The translations under genes were made by a program, and so were the position numbers. This document shows, one piece after another, positions 57,901 to 64,000 of a stretch of 64,000 bases of DNA. The notes under the pieces are model-generated. The model was not told where the DNA came from and searched no databases. It worked only from the letters and a program-made list of their open reading frames with translations. Source of the DNA: Amphiscolops sp. MND2022 (lineage: Eukaryota); assembly GCA_964187785.1 (NCBI GenBank), contig OZ076413.1, positions 48,424,001-48,488,000 on the forward strand, written 5' to 3'. Each line of letters begins with the position of its first letter. The stretch's first letter is position 1.

Positions 57901-60295
57901 TCTCAAAAAAGAACATCGTTGTTGGCTACCACAGTCGTTGGGAAACTATTGGTTTTTTCTGATCGTACTAGAATCGTAAGTAAAGAAATCACTTCAAACT
58001 CAACGTCTCTTGTCCTATTCACCCCCAAGATCTATCCCAGTCACCACTTTTCCGTTGCAACCTCACTTGCGCTCTCTAACTAAAGGGCAATGCAAGTAAC
58101 CAAAATACGTTTAGGGCGCGAATCGTCGTGATCACTTTGCTGGCTATCAAAAATAGTGTTTAGGCGCCAAAAACTTTAATGTTTCATTCAACCGTAAGCT
58201 CTCAACGGTTAACCAAAAATTAGTTTAAAGCATAGTTCAGTTTAGAGTTTCAAAGGGTTACCCTTTTGAGTTGACCACAAAAAAAACTCAAAAAATTACC
58301 TTCAACTAGTGGAGACGAAAACTTTTTGTTCTAGTTAGTGGTGTTTAGCACCTCTTCATTCAGCCTCTAAACAATAGCTATAAAGCAATTTCTTTCTAGT
58401 TGGAACCGGAAAGGCTATCACGAGCTACAAACTCGAAAGTTTAGTTGTGTTTCGTCATAGTCTGTGTAATAGACAAGTAATAAGTCTAAGACTGCCCCTC
58501 CTTTAGCCTCTCTCCGGCTCCAATTTTCACAGGGAAGGAGCGAGCGAGAACACATAGGCAAGTTCAAAACAAACGTTCATTACCTTTTAAAAAAGAAGAG
58601 TTAATGTGAAATCGCCGGACGAGATATTGGCCCTCCCGAAAGAAATCAACACTGAGCATGACAATACACCCGGAGATTCGAAGCTCTGAAAACTGCTTGG
58701 TCAGCTGCCCGCTTTTACACTCAAATGATTGCTCTGGAAGTGGTTTGTAAGGCCAAACACTGTTTTCATGATCTACTCCAAAGCCTTGTTTTTGACTTCT
58801 GTTGATCTGAGTCTGTTATCCCACTTGACTTAATAATCTTCTTGAGAAGCAGTTTAATACCATCCTTTGCCTATACATTGGTGCTTACACTACCTAGACA
58901 AAAACTTTAACTGAACTGCCAACACAATATTCTGAGAGCGTCTTCTCTTCTACTGATAATTTTGATACTTTGAGATTTGCTTGCCCATTGGTCCTATTCA
59001 TGGTGCAGTTTCTGTTTGCCATGCTTTATCATGATCAAAGCTGTTAATTTACGCTCTTCGGGTGCTATCATGGAGTTTATAACCTCTACTATGTTAGGTG
59101 TGCCCCAGGCTGGTGCCAAACCTATCGTTGTGAGTGTTTTTTTTCTACAGATGCTGTAACAAAAGTGCTAGAAATTTTGTGCGAGAGTAAACATATGAGA
59201 ACATTTGCAAAATGATGCTAAATGTCTGAAGTTGCTTGTTTTTTCAGTGCTACATTCTATTGTTGATTTGGAATCTAAGAAGGCCTGCTAGACTAAAAAG
59301 TTCAAACTCATCTTCTTTTTGGGCAGCACCTTCTTTTGGTTTCCTGAAGTGCTAAGTTGATGAAACAGTATCCCTGATGATGGAAACCAGGACGTGAACA
59401 TCCACTCTTGTTTCTCGAGGTTGAAAGAAAAACTACGGCCCGGAGAGGATGTAACGTCCGGCACCCAGCAACAAAGCTTCGTTGGAAATTTTGGAATGTG
59501 CAGTAGCAAAAAGAGATCATTCAAAATGGCCGATCTAGCAAGTACAAAGAAAGAGGAAAAAACGCCATACCCAGTCCCAAAGAAAACACCCGAAAGGCGT
59601 GAGGTGACATGGAGATATTCCCGAAACCGCCGTGTGGAGGCATCTTCCTCAGAAGACGTCCCAGCTAACAGTAGAACTCGAAGAATGGGTCCAATGTTGA
59701 CAAAATTCAGTTTGCATATTTTGCATGTACCACCTCGCATTCCAAGATTCGCTGACATTGACGGCTAATGTTTCCTTAGTCGGTTGTCCCGTATTAGTGG
59801 TTTTTGCAGTTAATTGGTGATGCTATCTACTAGATCTGTATTTTAGAACTTATTCCCCAATAAAATGTCTTTTGCCTAAACCCCTGTTTTTGGACCTTGG
59901 AAGTATGTAGGAAGTCGCAGCAACCCTAGGAGTATTTTACATGCTTGTGGGGCGTGTCCGGACTTTAAGAGTGCCGGCACGTTGACTTGGAGCTTTAATT
60001 TGAGGAAACTACTTTGACCCCTAGGGAAGTTCCCCCTAGAAGACCATTTTGGGACAAGAACAGGTGTCTAGAGCTGTAGTAAAACAACGGACTCCTGTTT
60101 ATGCACCCTAGACGTTATGCCACTTCTATGATGTACCCTGCCAGCTGGACGTTACATTTAATTTTACAAGTTTCAGGTAAATCATTTAATTATAACAAAG
60201 ACAGAAGAGATCCCGGAATTGGAACTTGTGGAACTCCATATTCAATGATCATTCAATAACGATTTTTGATTACCCGAAAACGAAAACTGTTCTCT

Positions 60296-60495
60296 NNNNN
60301 NNNNNNNNNNNNNNNNNNNNNNNNNNNNNNNNNNNNNNNNNNNNNNNNNNNNNNNNNNNNNNNNNNNNNNNNNNNNNNNNNNNNNNNNNNNNNNNNNNNN
60401 NNNNNNNNNNNNNNNNNNNNNNNNNNNNNNNNNNNNNNNNNNNNNNNNNNNNNNNNNNNNNNNNNNNNNNNNNNNNNNNNNNNNNNNNNNNNNNN
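60296..60495. other. Assembly gap (200 N)
   Basis: Run of n. Confidence 1.
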
Positions 60496-62121
60496 AAAGC
60501 CTCAAAAATTTACTGGAGAAGCCATCGTTACCAGACAATAATTTGATCTTTGAATATTTTACTTTAAACTTCAGCTGTAACTGTATTGAAAGTAGCAAAG
60601 TTTTGAACAGCTCCATCCGCGACCAAGTCAACTTTGGTAAAGGATGCACTACACTCAATTGCTTGTTTTGTCCAGTTTTTACGGAAACAATCATTGGATT
60701 TTCCAACTTCTACCTCTGTTTTTCTTTTTTTCTTTCCCACAAAAGTGGTTAAAGCAGTTGGATAATACTTTTGAATTGAGCACCTTTTTAAATTTTTGTC
60801 ATAATAGGGTCGTTTTGCTTATCCAAATTTCACTGGTGGCCACATATAGGAGTTTTGGATTTTCCTATAAGCTGAGTCCTTCTTTACGCAAGCATCTTTT
60901 ACGTAACAGGTGTCTGCCTTGTCATGTTTTTTAATCAGAGCTTTTTGAAGAAAAGTGTCCGAGTCTTACAATGGGTAGTTCGTTTAGACGCGTAAGGTCC
61001 ACTTTTTTGTTCATTTCATTTGTTCAATTTGACCAAAACATACCGGAAACGTCAAAATTTCATCCATAATAAAAAAACCGACGTTCAGAATCTCGGAAAC
61101 AAACTAAGGATTCTGGAGTTTTTTTCATCGATTTTTTCGGCACTATGAGACTGTTCAAAATATTCTCAAAATATATCAACCAATAATTTTCCTCATTACT
61201 ATCTGAAATTTGGATGTAATATCTGCAGTGAAGCGCTATATTCGAATATTGACGTTTTATCCGTATTATATTCGGATACCAAAATAATTTACCAAATGGA
61301 TAGCCTAAAATAATTTACCAAATGGAATAATATAAACTGAGTTGAAGGTTTATGAACCGAATGTATATAAACTGAATTTTATACATTATCGTTTTATTTC
61401 TTCTTATATTGCAACTTATGTACATGCCTAATAGTCATTTATTGTTTTCACGAAGAAATGGATCGAATAAATATAGTCTGAAACGCCTTTTTTTGTGAAG
61501 TCGAATTTCGAAGTTCAGCTTTTGAAGCACAAATGCTGCCCATACAACAACATCTATTTCTTCAATGAAAATCATATATTATTTTGCAAAATTTGCTGTA
61601 ACGTTTTGAAGGATCTGTAACGTTTTCAAAGTATTTGAGAGTTCGATTGGATTTTATCCAAGTTCGAAGCTCTTGTAAGTTTTGTAAATTTTTAAATTCG
61701 AACAAAAGTCGCGCATTTGACGAAAAGAAACTTTGAGTGTCTCTGAATTCGATAAGTTGAAAGTGCGTAAGAAGAAATTGTAAAAGGTTGACATTGTGAA
61801 CTGATAAACTTGGGAGCAGTTAAAAGTTCCAATAGTTCAAATGACAGCGGTTGAAATTGCACAGTTTGGTAATTATTCATTGGTTGAAATTGCATACAAC
61901 GAAATGACCTGACACCGTTTGAAAATCATGTATTTGTTATCAAATGTTTTGACATAGAACTTCAGCATTTTTTGGGCAACAAGAACACTTTTAAGAGTAA
62001 ACGCTTGTATTTGACTCACGGCTAATCTTCTTCTCCAGCAGCAGTGCTAAAAAAGAGAGAATCATGAGAGCATTTTCATTAGAGAATGAAAATGGTCTGA
62101 ATAAACGGACAACCAACTTAC

Positions 62122-62431
62122 AGTCAACCAAGTAGAGTGTCGTTTCTATATCGGGAGCACGGAACCGAGAGTCTCGAAACTTGTTGGACGCATGAAAACA
62201 TGTGCACAAGCTTTTTTCAGGCTCATATCTTCTGAAATTCACTTTATTGGTGCCATGTTTCATACAAGCCACTGAACATAACGTGGATTTGGGAACGCCA
62301 AAAATAATTGCGATGATGTTCAAGTAAAAAATGTTATCCGCAGTTACATCTTTCGAAACTTTTATAATCATAGCTGACCCAAACTCCTTCATAAGGTGAA
62401 GGACACAGAGTAGAAATAAGTGAGTCCGCAT
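62122..62431 (-). CDS. First exon of a putative secreted PAN/apple-domain protein
   Basis: Hydrophobic N-terminus, CSVAC...Y...CTC spacing, donor GACT|GTAAGT at 62121. Confidence 0.55.
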
Positions 62432-63329
62432 TTTGAAAAATTAGGTGCTGAATAGCGCTTCTTGTGCTACTGTTCTAGCTACGTGCTGAACAAAACAGAA
62501 GCTTTCCAACAAAAAATAAGTGCTCGCTTTCTCGATTGGTGCTCGCTTTCTCAAAGAAGCAATTGATTAATGGATTCATTGGCCTTTAAATGAAACAAAG
62601 AACTTTTCAAGATTTTTCCGAGTTGCTAAAGCATAAATTTTGAATCGATTTTTGCTCAGTAAATCTATAAAAATTTCATGATCAATAGAAATAATAAAAA
62701 GCGTTCCAAACTAATGCAACCCCATTGTTTAAATTGACAAAATCCAAAGCCAAGTGTCTCGAAATTTGTTACAAATACAAAGCAAATATCTGTTACAATA
62801 CTTTCGTAGAGTGTTATTTAGTTTCCAAAAATGTTTTTTTAAAAAAATTGCTACAGACCATATTGATAAAGTTTAAAATTTCATATTAAAAAAAAACATT
62901 TAATTTCGAATATTCTGGCCCAGCCTGAAATTTCAATCGAATACATTTTTTTATTATTCAATCAAATTAGCAAATCAATACCTTTTTTCATTATTTATTA
63001 TCAATAGACTTATTCAGAAGCCTTCGGACACATTGCAACTCCATTGCTCAAAATGGCAAAATTCAAAAAGGTTCCTCTCAAAAGTTTTCAATTACAAAAA
63101 AGATAGATGCAACAAGTCTTAGAATTAAATTCAGTTCACAATATTGGTTTTTAGTCGGTGCTTTATGAAATGAAACGCGACTATTATAGTGACCTCTTTT
63201 TTAGTCGGCGCTTCATGAAGTGAAACGCGACTATTATAGTGACTCTTTTTTTCTATCCACACCAACTGACCAAAACAGTTCTTAAAAGTTCTACAAAAGA
63301 TTATTGCACCAAATTGCACTATTTGGCCT

Positions 63330-64000
63330 AGCGAACTGAACCAAAAAAGTTTTTCCTGTTTTTCCGCGTAACATACAATACCGGCGAGACCAAAGGGTCC
63401 CCCCTTTCATTTTTTCGGCACTGCGAGACTTTTTTTAGAAAAAAAAATTTCCCCAAAGTGTCCCCCTGCATTTCTTTTGATGTTTTGCGACAGAATGGAT
63501 GTTGAAAAATCCCAAAGGGCCAAAGGGTCACCCTTTCAGTTTTTTTTCGGCATTGTGAGATTTTTTCCCGAGAATAAAAATTTTTGTTTTCTTCAATTTT
63601 TTCATGTTTTGCGACAGAATGGATGTTGAAAAACCTCAAAGGGTCCCCCCTTTCAGTTTTTCGGCATTGTGAGACTTTAGCGCTCGGTCCATTTTTTTGA
63701 GTAGGTAATTTTTTCGATTTTTTTTTCGAAAAATGTTCGATTTTCGAGTACTGTAAAAGAGAATACTTGAAACTTGGAAGTCTTTTTGCTATTTTTGAGC
63801 CTTGGATATGGCGCCGACTTGGGCCGGTCCCGGCTTGTTTCAATTCACACGAACTCACCAAAATAGTTCTACAAAGTTCTACGAAATTTTATGGTGTCAA
63901 ATTGAACCATTTGTCCCAGCGAACTGAACCAAAAAGGTTTTTCGTTTTTTCCCGCGTAACGTACAATACAGGGCGAGACTAAAGGTACCCCTTTCAGTTT
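63330..64000 (+). repeat. ~590-bp repeat unit with a second copy starting at 63919; related degenerate copies near 17330-17600 and 61120-61300
   Basis: GCGAACTGAACCAAAAA...GGCGAGAC at both 63330 and 63919; internal AAAGGGTCCCCC/TTTTCGGCA subrepeats. Confidence 0.7.

Noticed and set aside
56300..60290. Short ORFs (56638, 57638, 59288, 59394 and others)
   Set aside because: No recognisable motifs or consistent splice pattern; they may be decayed elements but I cannot support a call.
60226..60706. ORFs spanning the N run
   Set aside because: Artefacts of the assembly gap.

Overview
Eukaryotic, probably invertebrate animal, genomic DNA with short GT-AG introns and one 200-N gap, dominated by nested retroelements. 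It holds two related Ty3/Gypsy LTR retrotransposons on the minus strand: A (<1..~12547, ORFs intact) and B (29051..52173, TSD CCCAC, mildly decayed). It also holds pieces of a third related family C, a decayed BEL/Pao element (19104..28706, TSD CCAAC) carrying two MITEs, and a few host exons (EGF-repeat protein, PAN/apple-like secreted protein). The main result is a shared, unusual Gypsy architecture: (1) gag starts inside the LTR and reads across the LTR end and PBS; (2) gag-pol are joined by a -1 slippery site; (3) a large, intron-containing ANTISENSE gene lies between pol and the 3' LTR and encodes a BED-like zinc finger plus what looks like a catalytically dead hAT transposase fold; (4) a divergent small sense ORF3 reads into the 3' LTR, where no polypurine tract is visible. 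Separately, a 7.1-kb family-C insert with ~2.95-kb INVERTED arms has two U5 ends facing outward and a single clean 5-bp TSD. All alignments and splice models were made by eye; no searches were run.
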